A stretch of DNA of 49,102 nucleotides from Hormoscilla sp. (GTDB lineage Bacteria > Cyanobacteriota > Cyanobacteriia > Cyanobacteriales > Desertifilaceae), in NCBI GenBank assembly GCA_051439505.1, contig JBFRWI010000192.1, positions 1-49,102 on the forward strand, written 5' to 3'. The notes under the pieces are model-generated. The model worked only from the letters and a program-made list of their open reading frames with translations, ran no database searches and had not been told where the DNA came from. A program made the position numbers and the translations under genes. Positions 48,869 through 49,102 of the stretch are shown here, in pieces. Every line of letters begins with the position of its first letter. Position 1 is the first letter of the stretch.

Positions 48869-49102
48869 ATGGATTTTTTACTTGTCAGTAGCTTGTTGAA
48901 CGACCAAGTGCTGCGCTACGACGGCACAACGGGATTCTTTTTGGATGTTTTCGCCTCCGGTGGAGGACTCAATGAGCCCACTGATATAACATTGGGACCG
49001 GATGGCAACCTCTATGTCAGCAGTGTTGAAACTGACCAGGTGCTGCGTTACGACGGCACAACGGGATTCTTTTTGGATGTTTTCGCCTCCGGTGGGGGAC
49101 TG
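48869..49102 (+). CDS. NHL/Vgb-like beta-propeller repeat protein, 3' end outside the window (not in the ORF track)
   Basis: AGGAG RBS; MDFLLVSSLLNDQVLRYDGTTGFFLDVFASGGGLNEPTDITLGPDGNLYVSSVETDQVLRYDGTTGFFLDVFASGGGL, near-identical repeat units of about 44 aa. Confidence 0.85.
   Translation, partial: MDFLLVSSLLNDQVLRYDGTTGFFLDVFASGGGLNEPTDITLGPDGNLYVSSVETDQVLRYDGTTGFFLDVFASGGGL

Noticed and set aside
1..49102. High density of GCGATCGC as a novel signal
   Set aside because: This is the well-known cyanobacterial HIP1 octamer.

Overview
Cyanobacterial chromosomal window: HIP1 GCGATCGC sites are abundant, and sasA and tRNA-Glu(UUC) are present. A filamentous Oscillatoriales-type host is an inference. 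Conserved genes (CIA30/NAD(P)-binding protein, MscS, FHA protein, hybrid histidine kinase, DUF2079, SasA, ABC1/AarF kinase, HerA-like ATPase, Gld-type ABC pair) alternate with accessory blocks. (1) 3.2-18.5 kb is rich in tailoring/oxidative enzymes (sulfotransferase, Tat-exported flavin amine oxidase, methyltransferase, Rieske oxygenase, TauD dioxygenase, old yellow enzyme, FAD monooxygenase) and partly pseudogenised. (2) An XRE + ImmA/IrrE metallopeptidase + VOC operon sits opposite a small unknown gene, with three palindromic operator-like sites between them. (3) A lipoprotein-like gene with a VMO-I (VOMI) beta-prism domain lies next to tRNA-Glu. (4) A cyanobactin-type module (PatA-like protease, PatB, PatC, stand-alone PatA/G C-terminal DUF, second frameshifted PatB) has no precursor, cyclodehydratase or macrocyclase in the window. 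(5) A TauD + MFS pair is preceded by two MITEs with clear TIRs and target-site duplications. Intergenic DNA is full of REP-like palindromes, heptamer repeats and tandem repeats. Several accessory genes are bracketed by degraded direct duplications of neighbouring sequence. All calls come from reading the sequence and motifs by eye; no database search was run.
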